Notes: a model not told the origin generated them from the sequence alone. DNA of 64,000 nt from Gallionellaceae bacterium UBA2239 (GCA_002347615.1 DDYH01000006.1:8573-72572), one strand, 5' to 3'; shown: positions 16,986 to 29,683, counted from the stretch's first letter. Translations and numbers: made by a program.

Positions 16986-17102
16986 CGACAAACCTCCGTC
17001 CTTCGAAATCATACGTAATGCCCTTGATCGCGGGCACATGGTCAACGGTGTTCATTCTACTCTATCGGGATATGAGCTCTAACCGGAACCGTGAAGGCGC
17101 GA

Positions 17103-17741
17103 TCAACGCAAAAATCCCCCGTCCTTCAGCTCCTCCGCCACCTTCTTCGCCAGCTCGACCTGCCCGGCTTCATTGGGGTGGAGGGCGTCGAGCTTCAGTT
17201 CCTTGTCCGACAGCACGTCGGGGATGGCGTCCTCGATCAGGAATACTTTCCGCGCCTCGGCCAGTTCCGGGTAGACCTCCGCCGCCGACAGGCTGCCGAT
17301 GGCGGCGCCCACTACGCTTGGCCGGGGGGTGGCCAGGAGGATGGGGACGGCGCCGGCGTTGCGGGCCATGTTTATCATTTCCTCCAGGTTGGCGCGGGTT
17401 TCGGCCGGGGGCACTTTGCGCAGCATGTCGTTGCCCCCCAGTTCGATCATCACCGCCGCCGGCTTGTGCTCTTCCAATAGGCCGGGCAGGCGTTCCCGGC
17501 CGCCGGCGGTGGTGTCGCCGCTGACGCCGGCGTTGACCACGTTCCAGCCGGTGGCGGCGGCGAGCTTGGCGGGCCAGGCTTGTTCGGGGGTGAGGCCGTA
17601 GCCGGCGGAGATGCTGTCCCCCAGCACCAGGACCGTGGCGCCGGGGGGCAGGGCCTGCTGCTTGGGGGCGGAGCAGGCGGCGAGGGCGAGGAGGAGGGCG
17701 GCGAGCCAGAGGAGGTGGCGGTGGGGGGGGAGTGTTTTCAT
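17103..17741 (-). CDS. SGNH/GDSL hydrolase (TesA-like arylesterase/lysophospholipase), lipoprotein-type signal
   Basis: Start at MKTLPPHRHLLWLAALLLALAAC. Block I VLVLGDSISAGYG, block II NAGVSGDT, block III ELGGND, block V D.LHPN. Confidence 0.85.
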   Translation of the reverse strand: MKTLPPHRHLLWLAALLLALAACSAPKQQALPPGATVLVLGDSISAGYGLTPEQAWPAKLAAATGWNVVNAGVSGDTTAGGRERLPGLLEEHKPAAVMIELGGNDMLRKVPPAETRANLEEMINMARNAGAVPILLATPRPSVVGAAIGSLSAAEVYPELAEARKVFLIEDAIPDVLSDKELKLDALHPNEAGQVELAKKVAEELKDGGFLR

Positions 17742-17787
17742 CCTGAGTCCTCTGTTGATCCGGTTGGATTTGACATGCGCTGCGGTC

Positions 17788-17826
17788 CACCCCCATCCCA
17801 ACCTTCCCCCTTCAAGGGGGAAGGAG
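17788..17826. repeat. Family A palindromic repeat
   Basis: CCCCATCCCAA followed by CCTTCCCCCTTCAAGGGGGAAGG. Confidence 0.7.
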
Positions 17827-17861
17827 CTTGATGTGGACGCGGCCGCCTTGGGCGGCCTTGG

Positions 17862-19316
17862 CTACATCAGCACGATGTCGTAGCGCTCCTGGGTGTAGGT
17901 GCTTTCCACCTGGAGGGAGACGGATTTGCCGATGAATTCGGATAGTTGGGCCAGGCTCTGGGATTCCTCGTCCAGGAACAGGTCGATCACCTGCTGGGAG
18001 GCGAGGATGCGGTATTCCCGGGCGTTGAACTGGCGGGCTTCCCGCAGCAGTTCCCGCAGGATTTCGTAGCACACGGTCTGGGCGGTCTTGAGCACGCCGC
18101 GGCCCTGGCAGATGGGGCAGGGTTCGCACAGCACGTGTTCCAGGCTTTCCCGGGTGCGCTTGCGGGTCATTTCCACCAGACCCAGGGCGGAGAAGCCGTT
18201 GACCGTGATGCGGGTGCGGTCCTTGGCTAGCGCCCGCTTGAGTTCCTCCAGCACGTGGCTGCGGTGCTCCGGGTTGTCCATGTCGATGAAGTCGATGATG
18301 ATGATGCCCCCCAGGTTGCGCAGGCGCAGCTGGTGGGCGATGGCCTGGGCGGCTTCCAGGTTGGTCTTGAAGATGGTGTCGTCGAAGTTGCGGCCGCCGA
18401 CGAAGCCGCCGGTGTTGACGTCGATGGTGGTGAGGGCCTCGGTCTGGTCCATGATGAGGTAGCCGCCGGACTTCAGCTCCACCTTCCGCGACAGCCCGCG
18501 CTCGATTTCCTCCTCCACCCCGTTGAGGTCGAACAGGGGGCGTTCTCCGGCGTAGTGCTCGATTTTGTTCACCACGTTGTTCATGTACAGGCGGGCGAAT
18601 TCCTGCATCTTGGCGAAGGTTTCCCGGGAGTCCACCCGCACCTTGGCGGTGTCGTCGGTGATGAAGTCCCGCAGCACCCGCAGGGACAGGCCCAGGTCCT
18701 GGTAGAGCAGGGTCTTGGGGGGCGCGGTGCGGGCGGCATCGGTGATGTTGGACCACAGCTTGCGCAGGTATTCGATGTCCGCCGCCAGTTCCTCGTCGGA
18801 GGCGCCTTCGGCCACGGTGCGGATGATGTAGCCGCCCTTCTCCTCCGGCGGCAGCAGCTCCTGCAGCTTGTTGCGCAGCATGTCCCGCTCGCTCTCGTCG
18901 CCGATGCGCTGGGAGATGCCGATGTGGGACTCCTGGGGCAGGTAGACCAGGAAGCGTCCGGCGATGCTGACCTGGGTGGAGAGCCGCGCTCCCTTGGTGC
19001 CGATGGGGTCCTTGAACACCTGCACCATCAGGGGCTGGCCCTCGTGGAGCAGGCGCTCGATGGGTTTGGGGCTACCGTTGCCGTTGGCGGCGGCCTGCCA
19101 GATGTCCGCCACGTGGAGGAAGGCGGCGCGGTCGAGGCCGATGTCGACGAAGGCCGACTGCATGCCCGGCAGCACCCGGCACACCTTGCCCAGATAGATG
19201 TTGCCCACCAGGCCCCGGGCGCTTTCCCGCTCGATGTGCAGCTCCTGGGCGGCGCCCTGCTCCATGACGGCGACCCGGGTTTCCTGGGGGGTGACGTTGA
19301 TGAGGATTTCGTTCAC
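17862..19316 (-). CDS. rng: Ribonuclease G
   Basis: Start taken at GTG 19316 ([17 protein letters not shown]). S1 domain GNIYLGKVCRVLPGMQSAFVDIG. RNase E/G catalytic core ..ALTTIDVNTG... 484 aa. Confidence 0.92.
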   Translation of the reverse strand: MNEILINVTPQETRVAVMEQGAAQELHIERESARGLVGNIYLGKVCRVLPGMQSAFVDIGLDRAAFLHVADIWQAAANGNGSPKPIERLLHEGQPLMVQVFKDPIGTKGARLSTQVSIAGRFLVYLPQESHIGISQRIGDESERDMLRNKLQELLPPEEKGGYIIRTVAEGASDEELAADIEYLRKLWSNITDAARTAPPKTLLYQDLGLSLRVLRDFITDDTAKVRVDSRETFAKMQEFARLYMNNVVNKIEHYAGERPLFDLNGVEEEIERGLSRKVELKSGGYLIMDQTEALTTIDVNTGGFVGGRNFDDTIFKTNLEAAQAIAHQLRLRNLGGIIIIDFIDMDNPEHRSHVLEELKRALAKDRTRITVNGFSALGLVEMTRKRTRESLEHVLCEPCPICQGRGVLKTAQTVCYEILRELLREARQFNAREYRILASQQVIDLFLDEESQSLAQLSEFIGKSVSLQVESTYTQERYDIVLM

Positions 19317-19906
19317 GTGGGCATCCCGATGGTATTCAATAATTCGGCAGTCTCGAACAGGGGCAGGCCCATCACCCCGGAATAGCTGCCGTCGATGCGG
19401 CGGATGAAGCGCGCGGCGTGGCCCTGGATGCCGTAGGCGCCGGCCTTGTCGTGGGGTTCCCCGGTGAGCACGTAAAGCTGGATGTCGTGGTCGGAGAGGG
19501 GGGCGAATTCCACCTGGGTGGTGGACAGGCGCCACTCCAGCTTGTCCTGGTAGGCCACGGCGACGGCGGTGAGCACCCGGTGGGTGGTGCCGGACAGGCG
19601 TCTGAGGATTTGCGCCGCGTGTTCGTCGCTTTCCGGCTTGCCGAAGATTTCGTCCCCCAGGGCCACGGTGGTGTCCGCCGCCAGCACCGGGTGGGGGGGC
19701 AGCTTGTGTTCCTGGATATGTTCCCAGGCGGCCCGGGCCTTGTCCTTGGCGGCGCGCACCACGTAATCCTCGGGCTTTTCGCCGGGGAGGGGCGTCTCGT
19801 CGGTTTCCGGCGCCACCGCCTCGAAGTGGAGGCCGATCTGCTTCAGCAGATCCCGCCGCCGGGGCGAGCGGGAGGCGAGGTAGAGGTGGTCGAAAGGGTT
19901 GATCAT
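19313..19906 (-). CDS. maf: Maf-like nucleoside triphosphate pyrophosphatase
   Basis: [25 protein letters not shown] .. AADTTV .. KAGAYGIQG. 4-nt overlap with the rng start. Confidence 0.9.
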   Translation of the reverse strand: MINPFDHLYLASRSPRRRDLLKQIGLHFEAVAPETDETPLPGEKPEDYVVRAAKDKARAAWEHIQEHKLPPHPVLAADTTVALGDEIFGKPESDEHAAQILRRLSGTTHRVLTAVAVAYQDKLEWRLSTTQVEFAPLSDHDIQLYVLTGEPHDKAGAYGIQGHAARFIRRIDGSYSGVMGLPLFETAELLNTIGMPT

Positions 19907-20373
19907 GGTCGGTGGTAAGGGTGGCCTTTGTGGAGCGACATCGCCCGGTACAGTTGTTCCGCCAGCAGCACCCGCGCCATGCCGTGGGGCAGGGTCATGC
20001 GGGAGAGGGACATCAGTTTTGCCGCCTTGTTCTTCACGCTCGGGTGCAGCCCGTCGGCGCCGCCGATGACGAAGGCCACGTCCCGGCCGCCCCCCAGCCA
20101 CTGGCCGAACATTTCCGACAACTCCACGGTGGAAGGGTTCTTGCCCCGTTCGTCCAGGGCCACCACTTTGCAGCCCTGGGGCAGAGCGGCCAGGATGCGC
20201 TCGGCTTCCGCCTCCATCACCGCCTCCGCCGGCTTGCCCCCGGTGCGGCTGGCGGGCTTGATTTCCGCCAGTTCGATGCGGGCTTCCCGCGGCATTCGTT
20301 TGGCATACTCGTCGAAGGCGTCGTTCACCCAGGCGGGCATCTTGTTGCCCACCGCGACGATGAGCAGTTTCAT
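19903..20373 (-). CDS. rlmH: 23S rRNA (pseudouridine1915-N3)-methyltransferase
   Basis: [27 protein letters not shown] .. FVIGGADGL .. [22 protein letters not shown]. 156 aa. Confidence 0.93.
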   Translation of the reverse strand: MKLLIVAVGNKMPAWVNDAFDEYAKRMPREARIELAEIKPASRTGGKPAEAVMEAEAERILAALPQGCKVVALDERGKNPSTVELSEMFGQWLGGGRDVAFVIGGADGLHPSVKNKAAKLMSLSRMTLPHGMARVLLAEQLYRAMSLHKGHPYHRP

Positions 20374-20720
20374 CCCTTGGGAGGGAACGGCAGGCGGGGC
20401 GCGCCGCCCCACAGTTCTTCCAGGTTGTAGTACTGGCGCACGGTGGGGTTCATGATGTGGACCACGATGTCACCCAGGTCGATCAGCACCCACTCGCCCA
20501 CGTGCTCGCCTTCCACGCCCACGATGTGGCCGCCGTTTTCCTTCACCTTGACCTGCACGTTATTGGCCAGGGCCTTGGTCTGGCGGCTGGAGTCGGCGCT
20601 GGCGAAGACCATGCAGTCGGTCATGCTGGTGAGTTTCGATACGTCCAGGGAAACGATGTCCTTGGCCTTGATGTCTTCCAGGGCGTCGACGACGACCCGC
20701 TTCAGTTGTTCTACGGTCAT
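20370..20720 (-). CDS. rsfS: Ribosome silencing factor
   Basis: [27 protein letters not shown] .. [18 protein letters not shown] .. [14 protein letters not shown] .. YNLEELW. Confidence 0.92.
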   Translation of the reverse strand: MTVEQLKRVVVDALEDIKAKDIVSLDVSKLTSMTDCMVFASADSSRQTKALANNVQVKVKENGGHIVGVEGEHVGEWVLIDLGDIVVHIMNPTVRQYYNLEELWGGAPRLPFPPKG

Positions 20721-20727
20721 GCTGCCT

Positions 20728-21387
20728 TCAGAGATAAAGATGGTTCGAACGAATATAGTCGAGAACCGCGTCGGGAAGCAAATAGCGCGGGTTCTTGCCG
20801 CCGGCGGCCATGAGCCGGATGCGGGTGGCGGAGATGTCGAGGCGGGTGGTTTCCCGGGCGATGATTTTTCCTGCCGCCGCGCTGCGGATGTCGGCCGCGT
20901 CGTGGGTGAGGCGGTTTTCCCACTCGTCCCGCAGCTCCAGGGGCATGGCGGTGGCCCAGCTTTCCATGGCGTAGCCGGGGCGCTGGGCGACGGCGATATG
21001 GGCCAGGTCGAACAGGTCTTCCCAGCGGTGCCAGGTGGCCAGGCCGAGGAAGGCGTCGGCACCCAGGAGCAGCACCAGGGGGCGCTCCGGGCCGAGTTCG
21101 GCGCGCAGTTCGGCCAGGGTTTCCACGCTGTAGCTGGGGGCGGGTTTCTGGATTTCCCGCCCGTCCACTTCGAACAGGGGATTGTCTTCCGCCGCCAGCC
21201 GCACCATTTCCAGCCGGTGTTTCGGGGCGACGGTGGGCGTTCCCCGGTGGGGCGGCTGGCCGGCGGGAATCAGGCGCACCTTCTCCAGCCCCAGCATCTC
21301 GGCCATTTCCTGCGCCAGGCGCAGGTGGCCGTAGTGGATGGGGTCGAAGGTGCCGCCAAAAACGGCGTGGGGGGTGCGGTCTGCCAT
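20728..21387 (-). CDS. nadD: Nicotinate-nucleotide adenylyltransferase
   Basis: [18 protein letters not shown] and ISATRIR motifs. 219 aa. Confidence 0.93.
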   Translation of the reverse strand: MADRTPHAVFGGTFDPIHYGHLRLAQEMAEMLGLEKVRLIPAGQPPHRGTPTVAPKHRLEMVRLAAEDNPLFEVDGREIQKPAPSYSVETLAELRAELGPERPLVLLLGADAFLGLATWHRWEDLFDLAHIAVAQRPGYAMESWATAMPLELRDEWENRLTHDAADIRSAAAGKIIARETTRLDISATRIRLMAAGGKNPRYLLPDAVLDYIRSNHLYL

Positions 21388-21526
21388 GGCGGGATTATAC
21401 CCGAGTGAGTGGCAACGATTTGAATCGGCGTGGTTTTCTGCGCTCTGGTAGAAAGATACCGGATTGAGGGGCGGCGGGACGCGGAGTAAAGTGGGGCCGA
21501 GTCGATTGGGTCGAGGAGAAGAAGCG

Positions 21527-22021
21527 ATGAAATTGTGGCGGGGCGTGATGTTTGGGGTTCTGATGTTGCTGGCGCCATGGGTCCGGGCCGACCCTCCTGC
21601 GGACTATCCCTTCGTCAGCTACGACCAGGGGTTGGTGCGGGCCAGGGAGGAGGCCAAGCCGGTGTTTCTCTATTTCGGCCGCTACGGCTGCGCCTGGTGC
21701 GACAAGACCAACCGGGAGTCCTTCTCCAACCCGGAGATACGTCAGCGCTACACGGAGCATTACGTGCTGGTGTACGTGGACGCCGAGGGCGGTCGGCGGC
21801 TGAAACTGCCCGACGGCGAGCGCATCACCGAGGCGGAACTGGGTGCCCGCTTCAAGGCCTTCGCCACTCCCCTGTTCGTGTTCCTCGAACCCGACGGCAA
21901 GGTGATCGTGAAAATCCCTGGCTTCAAGACCGTGGAGGATTTCCGCGACTTCGACCGCTATGTCTCCGAGGGCCATTACAAGAGTCGGACCCTGCTGCAG
22001 TTCCTCGGGGGCAAGTCGTGA
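21527..22021 (+). CDS. Secreted thioredoxin-fold protein (DUF255/thioredoxin_7-like)
   Basis: Signal peptide MKLWRGVMFGVLMLLAPWVRA. CxxC motif in FGRYGCAWCDK. Confidence 0.7.
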   Translation: MKLWRGVMFGVLMLLAPWVRADPPADYPFVSYDQGLVRAREEAKPVFLYFGRYGCAWCDKTNRESFSNPEIRQRYTEHYVLVYVDAEGGRRLKLPDGERITEAELGARFKAFATPLFVFLEPDGKVIVKIPGFKTVEDFRDFDRYVSEGHYKSRTLLQFLGGKS

Positions 22022-23229
22022 GAGCCGGGTGGCTGGCCGCGTTTTTTCCCTTGGCCGCCTTGGCGGCGCCCTGGGAGTTTTCCCCGCCGGTGGACCTGAC
22101 CACCGTTTCCACCAAGGGGGTGTTCCACCACGTGGAATCCGCCGGGCGCAAGAGCATCGCCGTCGCCGAAGGGGGCGTGGCGGTTGTGTGGGAGGACAAC
22201 CACGATGGCGTGTCCCGCTGCTATCTGGCCTTGAAGCCGGCGAAGGCGAGCCGCTTCAGCGCACCGATGCGGGTCAGCCGTACCCATGAGAGCTTCGAGC
22301 CCAGCGTGGCGGCTATGGGCAAGGGGCGCTACGCCGTGGGTTGGGAAGAGGACGGCGCCGCCTGGGTGCGGGTGACCGACGGCGTGCGCCTGTCGCCGTC
22401 GCTGCGCTTGAGCCGGGAGGAAGCCGGCCAGGTGAGCCTGGCCAGGGGACCGAAGGAAGGGTTGTACGCCGCCTGGACGGAAGGGGCCGGGCGCTTCCGC
22501 CAAGTGCGGGCGGCGCGGATTGCGGTGGAGGGCGACCACTTGGGCATGGATGGCTCACGCCCGGTGGATGCCGCCATACCCCAGGACGAGCAACTCTATC
22601 CGTCCCTCGCCGTGACGGCGGAGGAAAGCGTCGTGGTGGCCTGGGAGGACCGGCGGGAAGGGCATACCCGCATTCTTTACACCTACCGTAACAAAGACGG
22701 CAGTTTCGCCAACCCGGCAGCCTTGAACGAAATCCAGCGCGGCCAGGCGGCGGCCTTGGGGCTGGGGCGGGGCTCCGGGGCGATGCGGGTGGCTCTGGCG
22801 GCGGAGGGGGAAGACGGCATTGCAGCGGCGTGGTCCGACAAGCGGGATTTCCTGTCCGGCTACGACGTCTACGCCGCTTTTTCCTCCGATGGCGGCCGCA
22901 GCTTCGGCAAGAACCAGCCGGTGCAGGACAGTTTCGGCGACAGCTTCGCCCAGTGGCACCCGGCCATTGCCGCCGGTCCCCACGGCCGGGTGGCGGTGGC
23001 CTGGGACGACGACCGGGACGGCACCTCCGACATCTGGCTGGCCTGGGCGGAAGGGGGCGGCTGGAGCGAGAACCTGGCTTTGCCCGGCGCTTCGGGGGAG
23101 GGCGTGCAAAGCGACCCCGCCCTGGCCCTGGACGAGGACGGCAACCTGCACGTGGCGTGGGTGGAAAAGGCCGGCGACGGAGCGCCGACCCGGGTCCGCT
23201 ACCTGTTCGGGCGTAGCGGCAAGAAGTGA
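22018..23229 (+). CDS. Secreted beta-propeller protein with BNR/Asp-box-like repeats
   Basis: GTG 22018 overlaps the upstream stop. Iterated blades (VAVVWEDNHDG, YAVGWEEDG, VVVAWEDRREG, IAAAWSDKRD, VAVAWDDDRDGTSDIW, HVAWVEKAGDG) and one Asp-box SSDGGRSFG. Confidence 0.6.
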   Translation: MRAGWLAAFFPLAALAAPWEFSPPVDLTTVSTKGVFHHVESAGRKSIAVAEGGVAVVWEDNHDGVSRCYLALKPAKASRFSAPMRVSRTHESFEPSVAAMGKGRYAVGWEEDGAAWVRVTDGVRLSPSLRLSREEAGQVSLARGPKEGLYAAWTEGAGRFRQVRAARIAVEGDHLGMDGSRPVDAAIPQDEQLYPSLAVTAEESVVVAWEDRREGHTRILYTYRNKDGSFANPAALNEIQRGQAAALGLGRGSGAMRVALAAEGEDGIAAAWSDKRDFLSGYDVYAAFSSDGGRSFGKNQPVQDSFGDSFAQWHPAIAAGPHGRVAVAWDDDRDGTSDIWLAWAEGGGWSENLALPGASGEGVQSDPALALDEDGNLHVAWVEKAGDGAPTRVRYLFGRSGKK

Positions 23230-23241
23230 AGCGCGGCTACG

Positions 23242-24498
23242 TCAACCCCGCACCTGGCCGTCGCCCAGCACGATGTACTTCTGGCTGGTGAGCCCTTCCA
23301 GGCCCACCGGGCCCCGGGCGTGGATCTTGTCGGTGGAGATGCCGATCTCCGCCCCCAGGCCGTATTCGAAGCCGTCGGCGAAGCGGGTGGAGGCGTTGAC
23401 CATCACCGAGGCGGAATCCACCTCCCGCAGGAAACGGCGGGCCTTGGTGTAGTTCTCGGTGACGATGGACTCGGTGTGCTGGGAGCTGTAGGTGGCGATG
23501 TGGTCCATGGCCCCGTCCAGGTCCTTCACCACCCGGATGGAGATGATCGGCGCCAGGTATTCGGTGTGCCAGTCCTCCTCGGTGGCCGCCTTCATGTCGG
23601 CCACGAGGGCGCGGGACCTGTCGCAGCCGCGCATTTCCACCCCTTTGGCGCGGTAGATGCCGGCGATGGGGGGCAGCACCCTGGCCGCCACGCTTTCGGC
23701 CACCAGCAGGGTTTCCATGGTGTTGCAGGTGCCGTAGCGGCTGGTCTTGGCGTTGTCGGCGATGCGGATGGCTTTATCCAAGTCGGCCTCGTCGTCGATG
23801 TAGACGTGGCACACCCCGTGGAGGTGCTTGATCACCGGGATGCGGGCCTCGGCCATGAGGCGCTCGATCAGGCCCTTGCCGCCCCGGGGGACGATCACGT
23901 CCACGTATTCCTTCATGGTGATGAGCTCGCCCACGGCGGCGCGGTCGGCGGTTTCGATCACCTGCACCGCGGTTTCCGGCAGCCCGGCGGCAGCCAGCCC
24001 TTCCCGCACGCAGGCGGCGATGGCCTGGTTGGAATGCAGGGCCTCGGAGCCCCCCCGCAGGATGGCGGCGTTGCCGGATTTCAGGCACAGCCCGGCGGCG
24101 TCGGCGGTGACGTTGGGCCGGGCTTCGTAAATGATGCCCACCACGCCCAGGGGCACCCGCATCTTGCCCACCTGGATGCCCGATGGGCGGTAGTTCATGT
24201 CGCTGATTTCCCCCACCGGATCGGGCAGGGCGGCGATCTGCTCCAGGCCTTCGGCCATGCCGGCCACGCCTTTTTCGGTCAGGGCCAGCCGGTCCAGGAG
24301 GGCGGCGTCCAGTCCCTTGGCTTTGGCGGCATCCATGTCCTGGGCGTTGGCGGCCAGCAGCTTGGCAGCGTCCCGGCGGATGGCGGCGGCCATCACCGTC
24401 AGGGCCTTGTTCTTCACGTTGGTGTCGGCCCGCGCCACGGCGCGGGAAGCGGCCCGGGCGGCCTTGCCGACGTTCTGCATGTATTGTTTGATGTCCAT
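23242..24498 (-). CDS. proA: Gamma-glutamyl phosphate reductase
   Basis: [19 protein letters not shown].. with IYEARPNVT and [23 protein letters not shown] motifs. 418 aa. Confidence 0.95.
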   Translation of the reverse strand: MDIKQYMQNVGKAARAASRAVARADTNVKNKALTVMAAAIRRDAAKLLAANAQDMDAAKAKGLDAALLDRLALTEKGVAGMAEGLEQIAALPDPVGEISDMNYRPSGIQVGKMRVPLGVVGIIYEARPNVTADAAGLCLKSGNAAILRGGSEALHSNQAIAACVREGLAAAGLPETAVQVIETADRAAVGELITMKEYVDVIVPRGGKGLIERLMAEARIPVIKHLHGVCHVYIDDEADLDKAIRIADNAKTSRYGTCNTMETLLVAESVAARVLPPIAGIYRAKGVEMRGCDRSRALVADMKAATEEDWHTEYLAPIISIRVVKDLDGAMDHIATYSSQHTESIVTENYTKARRFLREVDSASVMVNASTRFADGFEYGLGAEIGISTDKIHARGPVGLEGLTSQKYIVLGDGQVRG

Positions 24499-24524
24499 GG
24501 TCGAATCCGAATCTTCCAAAGTCG

Positions 24525-25526
24525 TTAGTGTGCCAAACTCAAACCGAGTTGCAACAGCTCGTCCCACACGTCGCCCTTCAATAGCCCCTTGATCATGCGG
24601 TCGATGTTGGCGGCCTGCTTCAAGGCGGCCTGCAGCCGGTCCAGGGGCAGGCGGCGCAGGGCCTTGCCCACCAGGGCCTGGCGGGAATCCCACACGCCGG
24701 CGTTGCGCATGGCCTGGGGCGCCGGGGTGCCGGCTTTGACGGCCATCTGGATCTTCGCCAGCTGCCGGGCCTCCCGGCTCAAGGCCCACAGGATCAGCAC
24801 CGGGTCTTCCCCTTCCCCCCGCAGGCCGTCCAGGATGCGGGCGGAGCGGACGGCGTCGCCCTCCAGCAGGGCGTCCCCCAGCTTGAACACGTCGTAGCGG
24901 GCCACGTCGCACACGGCGTTTTTCACCTGGTCGAAACTCAAGCTGCCTTCCGGGTACAGCAGGCCCAGCTTCTGGATTTCCTGGTGGGCGGCCAAGAGGT
25001 TGCCCTCCACCCGCTCGGCCAGGAAGCGCAGGGTGTCCCGGTCCGCCTTCTGGTTCTGGGCGGCCAGGCGGCGGCCGATCCACTCCGGCAGGCGGGCGTA
25101 GTCCACCGGGTAGACCGGAACCGTGGCGCCGGCGCTGTCCAGGGCCTTGAACCACTTGGCGTTCTGGCTGGACTTGTCCAGCTTGGGCAGCAGCACCAGG
25201 GTGACGGTGTCGGGGGGCAGGCTGGCGCAGTAGGCCTCCAGGGCTTTGCTCCCTTCGGTGCCGGGCTTGCCGGAGGGAATGCGGATTTCCAGCAGGCGCC
25301 GGCTGGCGAACAGGGACAGGCTGTTGCCGCTGGCCATCAGGCTTTGCCAGTTGAAGCCCCGTTCCACCGTGAACACCTCCCGTTCGTCGCAGCCCGAGGC
25401 CCGGGCGGCGGTACGGATGGCGTCGGCGGCTTCCAGGGTGAGCAGGGGGTCGTCGCCGTAAATCGCGTACAGCCCGCCCAGCCCCCGCTGGAGGTGTTGG
25501 GCGAGCTGGTCGGCGGCGAGTTTCAT
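24525..25526 (-). CDS. holA: DNA polymerase III subunit delta
   Basis: 333 aa. [20 protein letters not shown].. and the conserved lptE-holA arrangement. Confidence 0.88.
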   Translation of the reverse strand: MKLAADQLAQHLQRGLGGLYAIYGDDPLLTLEAADAIRTAARASGCDEREVFTVERGFNWQSLMASGNSLSLFASRRLLEIRIPSGKPGTEGSKALEAYCASLPPDTVTLVLLPKLDKSSQNAKWFKALDSAGATVPVYPVDYARLPEWIGRRLAAQNQKADRDTLRFLAERVEGNLLAAHQEIQKLGLLYPEGSLSFDQVKNAVCDVARYDVFKLGDALLEGDAVRSARILDGLRGEGEDPVLILWALSREARQLAKIQMAVKAGTPAPQAMRNAGVWDSRQALVGKALRRLPLDRLQAALKQAANIDRMIKGLLKGDVWDELLQLGLSLAH

Positions 25527-25533
25527 GCCGGAG

Positions 25534-26037
25534 TCAGGGGGTGGCTTGCGCCGGCTGCGTGGCGGCGGCGCCCTTGAGGCGGCGCAGCAGCTGCTGGATG
25601 GCGTCGTCCTGCATGCTCTTGTTCAGCAGGGCCTCTTCCTGTTCCTTGGCCAGGGCCTGGGTATCGTCGTAGGTCATGTCCCGGCGCAGTTCGATCTGCT
25701 GCGGCGGAATGGAGGGCTTGCCCAGGTAGGTGGCGCTGAACGCCAAGCGGTAGATCAGCTGGTATTCCCGCACCCGGCCGGTGCCGCCCAGGGACAGGAT
25801 GATCTTGTCGTAGCTGGCCGACAGGATGTTGACCACCACCTGGGCTTTGTCCGGGCTGGGGGCGAGCTGCGCCTTGGTGCCGCTAAGGATGGCGTTCTCC
25901 AGGGCCGCCTGGACGGCGGGATTGCCGCCGCCGTTGACGTAAATGGACTCGTAGGGCAGGTTCATCACCCCCCGCAGCTTGAAGCCGCAGCCGGCGAGCA
26001 AGGAAATGAACAGGGCCAGCAGTACCAGTTTGCGCAT
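25534..26037 (-). CDS. lptE: LPS-assembly lipoprotein LptE
   Basis: Lipobox LLAGCGFKLRG. 167 aa. Located between leuS and holA. Confidence 0.88.
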   Translation of the reverse strand: MRKLVLLALFISLLAGCGFKLRGVMNLPYESIYVNGGGNPAVQAALENAILSGTKAQLAPSPDKAQVVVNILSASYDKIILSLGGTGRVREYQLIYRLAFSATYLGKPSIPPQQIELRRDMTYDDTQALAKEQEEALLNKSMQDDAIQQLLRRLKGAAATQPAQATP

Positions 26038-26046
26038 GAATGCTCC

Positions 26047-29046
<3,000 letters not shown>

Positions 29047-29064
29047 TCATTTTCCGGGGGGAGG

Positions 29065-29679
29065 ATGGAGCGACTGATCTGCGTCATCGGCAACAAGGGC
29101 GGCACCGGCAAGACCAGCATCACCCACATGCTGTGCCATGGCCTGGGATTGCTGGGCTGGCCGTCCATCGCCGTGCTCACCGACGGGGCGCGGACGCCCT
29201 TGAGCCGGGAGGGGCGGCGCTACGTGCCCCTGGACGGGCGCAGTCCGGAGGCCCTGGACCGCATCGTGCCCAAGCTGGAATCCCTGCCCAGCTGGCTGGG
29301 GGTGATCGACGGCGGCGGCAACCGCCCGGACCTGGACCGGCGCTTCTACGACATGGCGGGGCTGGCCCTGCTGCCCTTCCGCGATTCCCACGAGGATATC
29401 CGCACCGTGGGGGCCGACCTGGACGCCTTTCCCGACGCCCTGGGCGTCCCTTCCCAATGGCCCACCAACCCCTGGCAGCAGATGGCGGCGGAGCGGACGG
29501 TGGACGAGCTGATGGCCGACTACCGGCCCCGCCTGATGGACCCGGTGTACGCGGTGAGCGCCAGCAAGCTGCTGCTGCAGACCGACGTTCCCGCCGCCCT
29601 GCCCACCGCCCTGAACAACGTCTGCCGCGCCCTGGCCCGGCAGGTGCTGGACCGGCTGGATCTGCCCGGCGAGAGCTGA
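29065..29679 (+). CDS. Orphan ParA/MinD-like P-loop ATPase
   Basis: Deviant Walker A VIGNKGGTGKTS. GGGGGGAGG RBS before ATG 29065. No parB or plasmid genes nearby. Confidence 0.65.
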   Translation: MERLICVIGNKGGTGKTSITHMLCHGLGLLGWPSIAVLTDGARTPLSREGRRYVPLDGRSPEALDRIVPKLESLPSWLGVIDGGGNRPDLDRRFYDMAGLALLPFRDSHEDIRTVGADLDAFPDALGVPSQWPTNPWQQMAAERTVDELMADYRPRLMDPVYAVSASKLLLQTDVPAALPTALNNVCRALARQVLDRLDLPGES

Positions 29680-29683
29680 TTCC

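Larger units (their letters stand above)
14515..17089 (-). CRISPR. CRISPR array: 32 x 36-nt repeats, 30 ordinary spacers (29-32 nt), one MITE insertion, one 342-bp insert before the terminal repeat
   Basis: Repeat (+ strand) ATTCTACTCTATCGGGATATGAGCTCTGGCCGGAAC. Repeat starts: 14515, 14581, 14647, 14713, 14779, 14845, 14911, 14977, 15043, 15109, 15353, 15419, 15486, 15552, 15618, 15684, 15750, 15816, 15883, 15949, 16015, 16081, 16147, 16213, 16278, 16344, 16410, 16476, 16542, 16610, 16676, 17054. The last repeat is degenerate (GG to AA at 17081-17082). The minus-strand call is a prediction from three lines of evidence; see findings. Confidence 0.98.

Noticed and set aside
16684-17055. 123-aa minus-strand ORF spanning the 342-bp insert and running into repeat 31.
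   Set aside because: Its ATG is created by the first two bases of the terminal repeat, so it overlaps the putative -10 box. It has no RBS and reads through repeat sequence. The alternative 67-codon frame has a GGAGG RBS and ends before the repeat.
14515-17089. Possibility of two separate CRISPR arrays (14515-15144 and 15353-17089).
   Set aside because: The 208-bp gap is fully explained by the 173-bp MITE plus its 5-bp TSD. Excision restores a normal spacer-repeat junction, so this is one array.
17721-17730. G8 (C8 on the coding strand) homopolymer in codons 4-6 of the tesA-like gene as a possible phase-variation tract.
   Set aside because: It encodes Pro-Pro within a signal peptide and the frame is intact. 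A short G/C run in this G+C background has no supporting evidence, unlike the (GCCT)7 tract, which actually disrupts a frame.
20736-20760. GGTTCGAACG motif reminiscent of a tRNA T-arm.
   Set aside because: It lies inside the 3' end of nadD with no acceptor or anticodon stems around it. I found no convincing tRNA or rRNA anywhere in the window by eye.
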